Below are positions 56,274-64,000 of a DNA stretch of 64,000 bases, piece by piece. Both the position numbers and the translations under genes were made by a program. The notes below the pieces were generated by a model that was given only the letters and a program-made list of their open reading frames with translations, was not told where the DNA came from and did no database searches. The number at the start of each line of letters is the position of its first letter. Position 1 is the first letter of the stretch. The stretch is from Planctomycetota bacterium (GTDB lineage: Bacteria > Planctomycetota > UBA1135). Location: positions 94,978 to 158,977 of the forward strand of contig JASMMA010000006.1 of the NCBI GenBank assembly GCA_030748415.1. Reading direction: 5' to 3'.

Positions 56274-57709
56274 TTTTGCTCGGTAAAAAGGGTCGGGTTC
56301 AGTATTGCGGCGGGGGCGAGGAGGTGGAGGATGAGGCGGGCGGGGATTCCTTTCTGGTGGAGGGCGATGAGGAACCAGGGAGTAACGAGGAGGATGAGGG
56401 CGTAGAGGGCGAGACCACCGAGGACAAAGAGGAGCAGGAAGCGGAGTTCGGGGGTGCGGATGGCTCGGGGGATTCCCCAAAGGAATAAAATCCACAGCAA
56501 GCCCCAACTTAGGATATCAATGAACTCACTTCCAAAGTAACGGGCAATTCTGGCCGGTCGCCAGTGAGATTTCTCAGACCATTCATCACCATATAGCTTT
56601 GGGCTGATGGGGGACCTGTCCGCAGATTCATCTTCATTGAGATAATGCAACACTGTGTCAAAGGACACCGCTTCTGTGTAGTTTTCGTCAATCGAAGGAA
56701 GTCCTGCACGATGAATCAACCAGGGAGAAGCAAGAACAGCACTCGTTCCAGCAACAAGGATTAATGTGCGCCATTCATTGCCACGGTTCCATAAGGCGCT
56801 GAGCGCCAAGGCTAGAAGTAGAACACCTGTCAGGGCCAAGCCTTCATTCTTGGACAATATTGCAGCTGTCATTGCTAGACCAGCAAGCCAGCGCGCTTTC
56901 CCACCTCGAAGAAGCATGGCGCAAGCCAGCGCGACGAAGGCAGCAATAGGCAAGTCGCCTCGCCCGCCGAGCATCTTTTCGGCACCTAACCCCGCTCCGG
57001 CGAAATCTAATGTTCCTTTGTGAAGAAACTCCATCACATAAAGGATGGGAGTGCAGGCCGCAATCAAGGCACCACGGCGAGCGGCTTCGCCTCCGAATTG
57101 TCGAAGCCCAAAAGCCACTGCCCCAGGTAAGCAGAACGCCCAAAACGCGAGCGGAAGCTGAATCCACCGGTCCGACCATTCCCCAGCGAAGTGAGCTGAC
57201 CAAGCTTCCAAAATGGGAATACCCAGAGGATAATTTGGATGGGTCATGATTCGACCGAACCCTCCGGTCAATGCGTGGAAGGCTTCGCCATGAACCGATT
57301 CGCCGCCAAAGAGGAGCTTCCCCTTCAACCCGAAGTGCAAAATGGGGTCAAATTCATTTAGGGGCCACGCCAAGGTCATTGCAACGGAACCCAATGCCAA
57401 GCTCAACATGAGTGGGCGTTCCCAGACAGGAAAAGCACAAGGTTCACAGGGAAGGAGTTGTTCTTTTCGAATGCGCCAGAATCCACCCAGGACAAATCCA
57501 ATCGAGAGAAGGGCCGCAGTCCAAAAACTGAATGTTCCCAAAATCCAAGTGGCCGCCATGCCAGTGACCATGAGGGCTCCGAGTCCAAGGAGAATGGAAG
57601 TGGTGAGCTCTTCGTATCGAGAACGAACAAATTCCTCACGAGACGGCATCAATAATCGGCCAGCGTTGTAAGCGCTGACAACAACCCACAGTCCGCCCAA
57701 GAAACCCAT
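56270..57709 (-). CDS. polytopic integral membrane protein, function unknown (possibly GT-C-like)
   Basis: About 479 aa with at least 10 hydrophobic segments. The start is re-set to Met9 (TGATG junction with the upstream gene at 57709). No diagnostic motif was recognised. Confidence 0.6.
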   Translation of the reverse strand: MGFLGGLWVVVSAYNAGRLLMPSREEFVRSRYEELTTSILLGLGALMVTGMAATWILGTFSFWTAALLSIGFVLGGFWRIRKEQLLPCEPCAFPVWERPLMLSLALGSVAMTLAWPLNEFDPILHFGLKGKLLFGGESVHGEAFHALTGGFGRIMTHPNYPLGIPILEAWSAHFAGEWSDRWIQLPLAFWAFCLPGAVAFGLRQFGGEAARRGALIAACTPILYVMEFLHKGTLDFAGAGLGAEKMLGGRGDLPIAAFVALACAMLLRGGKARWLAGLAMTAAILSKNEGLALTGVLLLALALSALWNRGNEWRTLILVAGTSAVLASPWLIHRAGLPSIDENYTEAVSFDTVLHYLNEDESADRSPISPKLYGDEWSEKSHWRPARIARYFGSEFIDILSWGLLWILFLWGIPRAIRTPELRFLLLFVLGGLALYALILLVTPWFLIALHQKGIPARLILHLLAPAAILNPTLFTEQK

Positions 57710-58683
57710 CACTGGACCGCCTCCAACCTCCAATCAGAAGGTTTGAAGTCGTCTGATTGTTTAAACCATAAAATCCAATCGGCTTGAGTTTCAGCAAGAA
57801 CAGAATCCAAAACCATTCCCTGCAGCTTTCCTTGTCTGTTGCGTTCTCGAACCCAATCTTGATACTGGGGTGCGGTGCCGCTTGCGTTGCTTGGGCCCGC
57901 AATTAGGAGCTTTCGAGGGGCAATTGCGTAGTTCAATAGCAAGTACCATCTTGCCCTGGGGCTGAGCGTGGTTAGGGGGCCGCTTGGCAGGAGAAGAATC
58001 CGGTCAGTTGGTTTAGTTTGAAGGACTAAATCTTGAACAAAGGCTTGATAGTCCTGATCCAGCCAAGGGGGCCAGCCATGTCCACCAATTGGGAAGTGAG
58101 CAAAACCAACGGACCGAACGATTTCAGCATCTGCGAGCGAAACGCAATCGAAGAAAAGTTTGCCCTTCATTGCAGACTTAAGCTCCCCCCAATCGGGAGC
58201 CTGGAACATGGCCAGATCACTGTTCACCACGAGATCGGTTGCCCCTAGACATGCACTCAGCATGTCTTTTGAAAATTCAACCTGAGGAATCCATTGGCCC
58301 GCATCTTCTTTTCCAAATCGGGGATCGAAAACACGAACTCTTGCGCCGGCTCTTGCTAACTCACGGGCAAGGCTCAGGCCCTGCGAATTTTCAGAAAGAG
58401 ATTTGCCTTCGTCGGCGAGTCCCAAAACAGCAACTAGTCTCTGCTCTGGCAATTTCCGCTTCCGGAAATTACCGGACCACATCCCCAGAATCGACTGCGC
58501 CGACAAGCTTGGCTGATAACGCACCCTCGGGTAGGTTTCTACTTTTGGAGTGAACCCAAATTTAACAGCTAAACTCAAGCCAATCGCGAAAAACAGGAGC
58601 GGGATTACCGCAGCGCATTGGTGCACGCGAAAAATCAGGCCAGGTCTTTCGGAAACTTGTAGGGCTTTAGGTGCCGTGTTCAC
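57709..58683 (-). CDS. membrane-anchored protein with a degenerate UDP-sugar-dehydrogenase C-terminal-like domain
   Basis: There is one N-terminal TM segment (AAVIPLLFFAIGLSLAV). Residues ~85-185 (LVAVLGLADEGKSLSENSQGLSLARELARAGARVRVFDP...GATDLVVNSDLAMFQAPDW...GKLFFD) align colinearly with the C-terminal domain of the in-window Ugd ([39 protein letters not shown]...GADALILATEWTEFRRPDF...QKLIFD). Confidence 0.55.
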   Translation of the reverse strand: MNTAPKALQVSERPGLIFRVHQCAAVIPLLFFAIGLSLAVKFGFTPKVETYPRVRYQPSLSAQSILGMWSGNFRKRKLPEQRLVAVLGLADEGKSLSENSQGLSLARELARAGARVRVFDPRFGKEDAGQWIPQVEFSKDMLSACLGATDLVVNSDLAMFQAPDWGELKSAMKGKLFFDCVSLADAEIVRSVGFAHFPIGGHGWPPWLDQDYQAFVQDLVLQTKPTDRILLLPSGPLTTLSPRARWYLLLNYAIAPRKLLIAGPSNASGTAPQYQDWVRERNRQGKLQGMVLDSVLAETQADWILWFKQSDDFKPSDWRLEAVQ

Positions 58684-58730
58684 ACCAAGATTCTACGCTG
58701 TCCGATTGATGCAGTGAAGCCGGTGGCACT

Positions 58731-60389
58731 ATGCTTGTTTCTATGGAGGAACATAGGGGCCCCGGTCACATTCGATTGTTGTGCGTGCTTGCATTAGGCG
58801 CCCTCCCAGGTTTCCTAGTTTGGCGGTTGAGTGAGGGGGTGCTCCAAGGGGGCGATGTTTTTTTTGCGATGGGAGCCTTCCCCTTGGCTCTATTGCTGTC
58901 CCTCTTTTTCCTGCCCTTCCCCCTGAAGCCACAGATTCCACTTTGGCTTCCCCTTTTATCGGTAGTTATTTTTACCAGTCTGGGGCATCTTCGCTTACCG
59001 ACCTCCGTAACAAATGATGAAGAGGCCTACATCTATCAGGCAGAAATATTTGCCAGCGGTCGTTTAACCGAAGAAATCGTTGGGCCTGCTTGCCCAGATG
59101 GCGTGAGTCATTGCCCCACACATCGCCGCCAGCTCATGGAACGGAAAAATGAAGATGGCATTTCCGTTCGCTACGCAAAATATCCACCCGGTGTTTCTCT
59201 CGCGATTGCACCCTTTAGTTTTTTGGGGATTCCATTTCTTGCAGTTTTACTCGCGAGCATTTTAGACATCTGGTTACTCACCAAGTTAGCCCGTAGGTTC
59301 GGGATTGCCGCACCAGCTTGGCCGCCGTTGTTGTTGGCTACCACCCCGTTTTTTCTCTTGGTTCAGTCTTCTTTCCAATCGGAGGTGTTCACTCTCCCTG
59401 CAGCCCTTTTGGGGTACTTATGTTTGCTGCGTCTTCGGGATAAAAATGGGACATTCAAGTGGAATGCAATCGCCTTAGGTGCAGCCGCCGGGTGGATTTT
59501 TCTTTGCCGCCCGCTAACTGGAGTTGTATTTGGGGTTGCTTGCTTGCCGGGGCTGCTTCGGAATTCTGAATCCAATCCAGCACCTGGATGGAGGGCAATT
59601 ATTTATTCGATTCTTGGCGGGCTCCCATTCTTGGTGGGGGCGATTATCTATAACCGGCTTCAGACAGGGGAGTGGCTACTCTCCACTTATCATGCATACG
59701 CCCTTCGCTTTGGTCCTTTTGATCAAGAAGGAGCCCCATTAGATATATATGGAAACGGGGAGTTTATTTCTGGTGTTGTCCGCCAGCTAGGTCGTTGGTC
59801 TGTGGGGGTTTTTGGAATACTAGGTATGGCCGCTTTAGCTATATGGGGCCTCTGGAAATCCCGAGCTCGTGATGGGGGGAGCGCGTTTTTGATTACCATT
59901 GGGATACCGATTGCTTATTCATTCCACTGGTATCCTGGCCATTGGGCCTACCTTGGCCCACTTTATTGTTTTGAGACCATTGGATTTTTAACCCTTGGTG
60001 TTTTTGCCATCTTGGATCGCGCTCCAGGATTTTGGAGAAGAGGTTTGCCACTCGCGGCCACGATTGCAGGCATTACCTTTTTTGTTCATCGGTACCGATT
60101 ATCCGAAGAAATTGCCGAGCTTCGAAATGCTCCCGTCGCTTTTGCTGAATCCATGGAGGGCTTGCCTGCCAATTCGGTCATTCTCCTTCCTCTTTCACGG
60201 CAAAGTGCAAAATACAACACTCCATCGAAGCCCCCCTTCTCCGCGAAGGAATTTGTTTATGTCCGAGAACTTCCTGGTGAGCGCCAAACACGGTTGGCTT
60301 TGAAGTCCATGGGCCTCGATGGCCGACCTCTTTACCGCTTCAATCTTGGAGGAACTCGAGAGTTCGACTCGATTACTTTGGTACGGTAG
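58731..60389 (+). CDS. GT-C-fold (ArnT/PMT family 39-like) membrane glycosyltransferase candidate
   Basis: This 552-aa polytopic protein has a first-loop acidic motif (NDEEAYIYQAEIFASGRL) resembling the DE-x-x-Y/H motif of ArnT/PMT-type enzymes. It is divergent from the 58683 operon. Confidence 0.65.
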   Translation: MLVSMEEHRGPGHIRLLCVLALGALPGFLVWRLSEGVLQGGDVFFAMGAFPLALLLSLFFLPFPLKPQIPLWLPLLSVVIFTSLGHLRLPTSVTNDEEAYIYQAEIFASGRLTEEIVGPACPDGVSHCPTHRRQLMERKNEDGISVRYAKYPPGVSLAIAPFSFLGIPFLAVLLASILDIWLLTKLARRFGIAAPAWPPLLLATTPFFLLVQSSFQSEVFTLPAALLGYLCLLRLRDKNGTFKWNAIALGAAAGWIFLCRPLTGVVFGVACLPGLLRNSESNPAPGWRAIIYSILGGLPFLVGAIIYNRLQTGEWLLSTYHAYALRFGPFDQEGAPLDIYGNGEFISGVVRQLGRWSVGVFGILGMAALAIWGLWKSRARDGGSAFLITIGIPIAYSFHWYPGHWAYLGPLYCFETIGFLTLGVFAILDRAPGFWRRGLPLAATIAGITFFVHRYRLSEEIAELRNAPVAFAESMEGLPANSVILLPLSRQSAKYNTPSKPPFSAKEFVYVRELPGERQTRLALKSMGLDGRPLYRFNLGGTREFDSITLVR

Positions 60390-61248
60390 GAATCTGCAGG
60401 GGTGTTAACGAAGTAGGTTCAACGCGCTCATAGGTTGCATCAGGTAGAGGCCCCCAAGACAGATGACCTAGTTCTGGGAATAGTTTTAGGGGAAGTAGTT
60501 CGCCGCCGGGAACTTTTCGCAAGCGAAGGACTTCACCAGGCTTTCCATCTTCGATAACGATTGTTCTAGTATTCAATGCCCAGGATTTCGCAAGGGATTC
60601 AGGAGTAGTGGAACCCAAAAGCCAAGCATCCTGGGGTGGAAGCCCCGGTGCATATACTTTGATTTCTTGAAGCTGTTCAGTGACACCTTTCAATACTGCG
60701 TTCCCACGCGAATCGCTCAGAGTAACCCATGGCGGACCACCTTGGGAATCCAAGCCCAGGACAAGTGCCCCTGGAATGGGTTCTTGGTTGGAAGTTTGAA
60801 GCAATTGGAAAGAAATTTTGCGCTCTTTTAGCTCGGGAAGAGGGCCTAGAGGTGCACCAGCTCGTGCTTGAAAGCGAATCGATTGACCCTGATTGGGGTC
60901 CCACTTTGACACTCTGAGAACTTTATGACCCGGAAGCCAGCCCATAAATTCGATGGGTCCTTCTTTGAAAAGGGTAAAGTTTGCGATTCCGTTTCGGTCC
61001 ACGGTTGCGGAGACGAGGCTAGGCTCCAGCGCGACAAACAGGGCCCCAACTGCAGGGCTTCCATCGGGTTTTTCCAGGCGAAGAGTTACCTGCAAGGGCT
61101 CAGGTAAATCCGCAAGAACGACTGCCTCCATTTTGGGAGGGTTGAACTCGAGCATTTCAGAGGAGCCGCAATTTCGGCCAAGAACCAACAAACCGAGCAG
61201 GGTAAGAAGGGGGGCCAAGCAAGCTAGCCAAGTGCGGAAGGAGCCCAT
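60373..61248 (-). CDS. signal-anchored protein with carboxypeptidase-regulatory-like beta-sandwich repeats
   Basis: The N-terminus is hydrophobic (WLACLAPLLTLLGLLVLG). Two or three units of the type L.V.L...DG.P..GA.V........T.D..G.A.F are present. It lies 9 nt downstream of the 876-aa paralogous-repeat gene. Confidence 0.55.
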   Translation of the reverse strand: MGSFRTWLACLAPLLTLLGLLVLGRNCGSSEMLEFNPPKMEAVVLADLPEPLQVTLRLEKPDGSPAVGALFVALEPSLVSATVDRNGIANFTLFKEGPIEFMGWLPGHKVLRVSKWDPNQGQSIRFQARAGAPLGPLPELKERKISFQLLQTSNQEPIPGALVLGLDSQGGPPWVTLSDSRGNAVLKGVTEQLQEIKVYAPGLPPQDAWLLGSTTPESLAKSWALNTRTIVIEDGKPGEVLRLRKVPGGELLPLKLFPELGHLSWGPLPDATYERVEPTSLTPLQIPTVPK

Positions 61249-61257
61249 TAATTCAGC

Positions 61258-63888
61258 TTAGCGTTTTGTTTTCTCGAGAACGGGTTCTGCCACGCTTTGG
61301 TTTCCGGCGGTGATGGAAATGGGAATTTTTCTTTTACGCAAACCATCGCCGCGAAGAGTGAGGAGCCATTCTCCTGCAGGAATCCAATCGAGGCTGAAGT
61401 TCCCAGACCTTCGCAGACCGATTTCTCGGGGGCCTATGCCGGGAATGGAGCCTGCGGCAGGGGTCAAGGTTCCGGACCCGCCTCGGACAGGGACCCGGTT
61501 CCCATTTTTCCCAACTTTCATAGCTCGTCCCTTCAGGCTTCCGAGTTGTAATTGGAAGTCGCGGATGAGCTCGGTTCCTTCTCGAATTTCAACTTCCATT
61601 CGGCCAAGACCTGTGGGGCCGATTTCTAAATCTTCGGGGCCGCCAAAATTGAAGATGCCCTCCGGCCAACGACCGCCCTGGTCCACAATGAGCCAAAAGT
61701 CTTTTGGGTCAACAGCAGCGAAAAGGTACTCACCCTTGTAGTCAGTGGCGGCGCTTCTTAGGTGGCGACTGAGTTGGCGCCATCCGAGTCGGGGGTCACC
61801 TGCAGCCCCAAAATCTTTGGGGAATAGAAACAGGTTCATCCCTGCTCTAGTTTTTCCATTGACTCGAACAGTTCCGCGCAAAATTCCGCGACCTTGTAAA
61901 TCGATGTTCAAGTTTTGAATAACCGTTTCACCTTCGCTAACAGTAAGGCCATAAACTTCATCGAGCCCATCGCCTGTTCCTAATCCAAATGAGGAACCAG
62001 AAAGAACACGGTCCACCTCACGCAAAACGAGGTCATAGTTTCCGGGGGCGAGGTCTTGGAATTGAAAGCGACCCTCGCCATCAACCGTCGTGTCCATGGC
62101 GTCGCGCCCGGGCGATGATGCGGTTACACGCAGGGTGCCAAATAGGGCAAGGTTGCCTGTCACTTCTCCGGTGATGGAGGAAGAGGCCGGAACTTGGAGG
62201 GCAATCTCTATAGCTTCGTTGATGAGTTGAAGCTCTTCGGATTCAGCAGGGGAAAATCCCGGGGCGTGTGCTTCAACTCGGTAAGCGCCGACATCCAGGC
62301 CGGTGAAGGCGAACTCACCGCCTGCGTTTGCATTGGTTGTTTCCAGAATGCTCCCGGGTCGTTGGGTGTCAGGCGCGATGGGGGTGCGGCTTCCGGGTCG
62401 TTGCTCGTAGAGCTTTCGAAGATGAATCCGAGCATCTGGGAGGGGGCCCCCGAATGGCGAAATAACGGACCCAGAGATTTGGAGGCCGGTCTGAATTGTG
62501 ACCTCGATGAAGCTTGGAATTTTGCCCTCCTTTCGAAAGTCTAAATTGTCTGAGAAACCAGAAGTGTGAGTGTCCGACCAGGCGGCAACTTTGAAGCGTT
62601 CTCCCCATGATCGGGAAAGATTGGGAGTTAACTCGAAGCCACCATCTGGACTTGTTTCGGTTTCGGCAACGAAGCGCAGTTTTGAAGGGTGAATGTTGCG
62701 CCTTCGACTTGAAGATTGCTCCACAATGCGAACTGTTGCCCCCTCGACCCCTTGGCCAGTTTCGTTTTTAACAACACCGGTGATGGAAGGAAGGGCCAGG
62801 AGCTGAACCTCTTGTCGGTATTCTGGGTTTTTAATAGTGATTCTAGTTTGACGGAAACCAGGAGCGGAGACTCGCAATCGAAGATCTTTGTCACTCTCTG
62901 GGCGGTCGATTTGGAATTCACCATCCGGATTGGTTTTCGTTTCAATTCTTTCCTCGGAGCTGATGTCGAGGCGGACACGAGCGTTGGGTATCCCAACGCC
63001 ATTTGAATCGAATACCCAACCCGTCAAGGCAAGAGAAGGCAATAAGGAAATCGTGAGGTCGGAAACGGAGTCCCTGCTTTTTCCTTGGACTGGTGCGGAG
63101 TAACCGTCGGCCCAATAGAGAGCCTGGGCGCGCAAGTGAAATCGCCCCGGGGGGAGTTGCTTGAAGGAGAACCTGCCCTGGGAATCAGTAATGGATTCGT
63201 AGCCCGGCAAGGGGGGAAGTGCGAGGAGCCGCCGCCGGGAAAAGGCGGCGGTGTCGGGTTCTAATACGGGAACGACTCGGGCGCCTTGAATGGCCGAGCC
63301 ACTGGGCCCTGTTACGGTGCCCGAAAGTTGGAAACCCGGAACAAGAATGAGGTCGCCGAGTTCCCGGGTTCGTCCAGGCATGGCGGGGAGATTGTTTTGA
63401 TCGAGTGGGGGGAATCCTGGAGCTTGGGCGCGAACGATAAATCGGAGGCCATCTCTGGGAGATTCGGGGAGAGAAAATTGGCCATCCTTCCCGCAAGTGG
63501 TTTGAAAGTGAACCGTGTCCGGTTTTTCTAGGGCAGTGCGATCAAGGTACATCGCCCAGCCCGAAAGACCCCAAGCTTCGACTAGCGCCCCATCAGCAGG
63601 TTGATGGTCTGGGAGCAGGACTCGGCCCTGAAAGGAAGGGATTCCGTTGGTTGCGGAATGCTCTGGGGGCATCTTGGGAGAGTCCCATTCGGTACGCAGC
63701 GGGGGCGTGGTTGAATGGGTAGCTTCTGGTTGAGCCAGAGTGGCGGCATCAGAAGTCCCTAGCTCCAACTGACCCAATAGTCTTGGGGACTTTTTATTGT
63801 GCGGAGCATCCTTGCCGGCCTGAAGAATCAGGATGATGGCGGCAAGGAGGCTGAGCCCGAAGAGGGCATAGAGAAGGCGTCGGGACAT
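61258..63888 (-). CDS. membrane-anchored protein with ~8 tandem carboxypeptidase-regulatory-like (CarboxypepD_reg) domains
   Basis: The N-terminal TM segment is LLYALFGLSLLAAIILIL. Units repeat, for example LSGTVTGPSGSAIQGARV...TDSQGRFSFKQLPPGRFHLRA, LTGWVFDSNGVGIPNARV...TNPDGEFQI, ITGVVKNETGQGVEGATV...TSPDGGFEL, ISGSVISPFGGPLPDARI...NAGGEFAFTGLDVGAYRVEA. Confidence 0.7.
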   Translation of the reverse strand: MSRRLLYALFGLSLLAAIILILQAGKDAPHNKKSPRLLGQLELGTSDAATLAQPEATHSTTPPLRTEWDSPKMPPEHSATNGIPSFQGRVLLPDHQPADGALVEAWGLSGWAMYLDRTALEKPDTVHFQTTCGKDGQFSLPESPRDGLRFIVRAQAPGFPPLDQNNLPAMPGRTRELGDLILVPGFQLSGTVTGPSGSAIQGARVVPVLEPDTAAFSRRRLLALPPLPGYESITDSQGRFSFKQLPPGRFHLRAQALYWADGYSAPVQGKSRDSVSDLTISLLPSLALTGWVFDSNGVGIPNARVRLDISSEERIETKTNPDGEFQIDRPESDKDLRLRVSAPGFRQTRITIKNPEYRQEVQLLALPSITGVVKNETGQGVEGATVRIVEQSSSRRRNIHPSKLRFVAETETSPDGGFELTPNLSRSWGERFKVAAWSDTHTSGFSDNLDFRKEGKIPSFIEVTIQTGLQISGSVISPFGGPLPDARIHLRKLYEQRPGSRTPIAPDTQRPGSILETTNANAGGEFAFTGLDVGAYRVEAHAPGFSPAESEELQLINEAIEIALQVPASSSITGEVTGNLALFGTLRVTASSPGRDAMDTTVDGEGRFQFQDLAPGNYDLVLREVDRVLSGSSFGLGTGDGLDEVYGLTVSEGETVIQNLNIDLQGRGILRGTVRVNGKTRAGMNLFLFPKDFGAAGDPRLGWRQLSRHLRSAATDYKGEYLFAAVDPKDFWLIVDQGGRWPEGIFNFGGPEDLEIGPTGLGRMEVEIREGTELIRDFQLQLGSLKGRAMKVGKNGNRVPVRGGSGTLTPAAGSIPGIGPREIGLRRSGNFSLDWIPAGEWLLTLRGDGLRKRKIPISITAGNQSVAEPVLEKTKR

Positions 63889-64000
63889 GTCCTCATATGC
63901 TACGAATGAGCAGGCGGAATCGTGTGCTGAATGCGGGGAGGCACTAGAATCCGCTCTTCATGCGACTTTCCCAGCAGTTGTTCGTGACTTTGCGGGAAGA

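Noticed and set aside
56274-56507. Pro/Arg/His-rich 78-codon N-terminal extension of the U32 ORF (..PPPRPRRNTEPDP..)
   Set aside because: It lies in another frame over the 3' end of the upstream membrane-protein gene. U32 homology begins at Met79, which forms an ATGA overlap with the upstream stop.
63960-64000. Possible start of a plus-strand gene at the window edge (ATG CGA CTT TCC CAG CAG TTG ...)
   Set aside because: Only 13 codons are visible, so there is no way to support it.
1-64000. Looked for CRISPR arrays, tRNA/rRNA genes, transposases/integrases, prophage, toxin-antitoxin pairs, reverse transcriptases and known defence-system genes
   Set aside because: I found no spaced direct-repeat arrays, no recombinase/RT/nuclease-ATPase signatures in any ORF >=60 aa, and no tRNA-like sequences. 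The window looks like core chromosome rather than an accessory island.

Overview
This is a 64-kb, very gene-dense bacterial chromosomal window with about 42 protein-coding genes, roughly 90% coding, and GC near 50% by eye. Several gene junctions overlap by 4 nt (ATGA). I saw no rRNA, tRNA, CRISPR array, transposase, integrase, phage or recognisable defence genes.

The gene content suggests a Planctomycetota/Verrucomicrobiota-like (PVC) organism, which is inference only. The supporting families are PVC-type 'membrane-bound dehydrogenase' propellers fused to CxxCH or azurin-like domains, DUF1080, ThuA-like, sulfatases, BNR/Asp-box, FG-GAP and DUF1570-like HExxH proteins. Lipobox signal peptides are common and Shine-Dalgarno motifs are almost absent.

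Confidently recognised housekeeping genes:
- exonuclease III, a SMUG1-family uracil-DNA glycosylase and endonuclease III (three base-excision-repair genes)
- fused isobutyryl-CoA mutase IcmF with an overlapping MerR regulator
- an ArsR-MFP-RND efflux operon
- UDP-glucose 6-dehydrogenase
- a long transketolase-family enzyme
- class II fructose-bisphosphate aldolase
- a YitJ-like homocysteine-methyltransferase/MTHFR fusion plus MetH
- a U32-family Fe-S protein with an adjacent ferredoxin

The ORF track does not show these things:
1. A SAM-I (S-box)-like riboswitch lies upstream of the yitJ-like/metH operon and moves that gene's start downstream.
2. A DUF1570-like metalloprotease gene is split by a +1 frame change at an A7 run.
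3. A perfect 29-bp inverted repeat pair with nested palindromes lies between nth and merR-icmF.
4. An orphan rho-independent terminator may mark a small RNA.
5. An 18-bp perfect CRP-spaced palindrome sits in a divergent promoter region.
6. Three secreted proteins share an ~85-aa C-terminal module.
7. An extracytoplasmic cluster (38.9-47.6 kb) carries paralogous propeller 'dehydrogenases' fused to haem c or to type-1 copper, next to DUF1080 and ThuA-like proteins.

Item 7 is my best candidate for an uncharacterised system. All functional calls come from motif recognition by eye. No searches were run.
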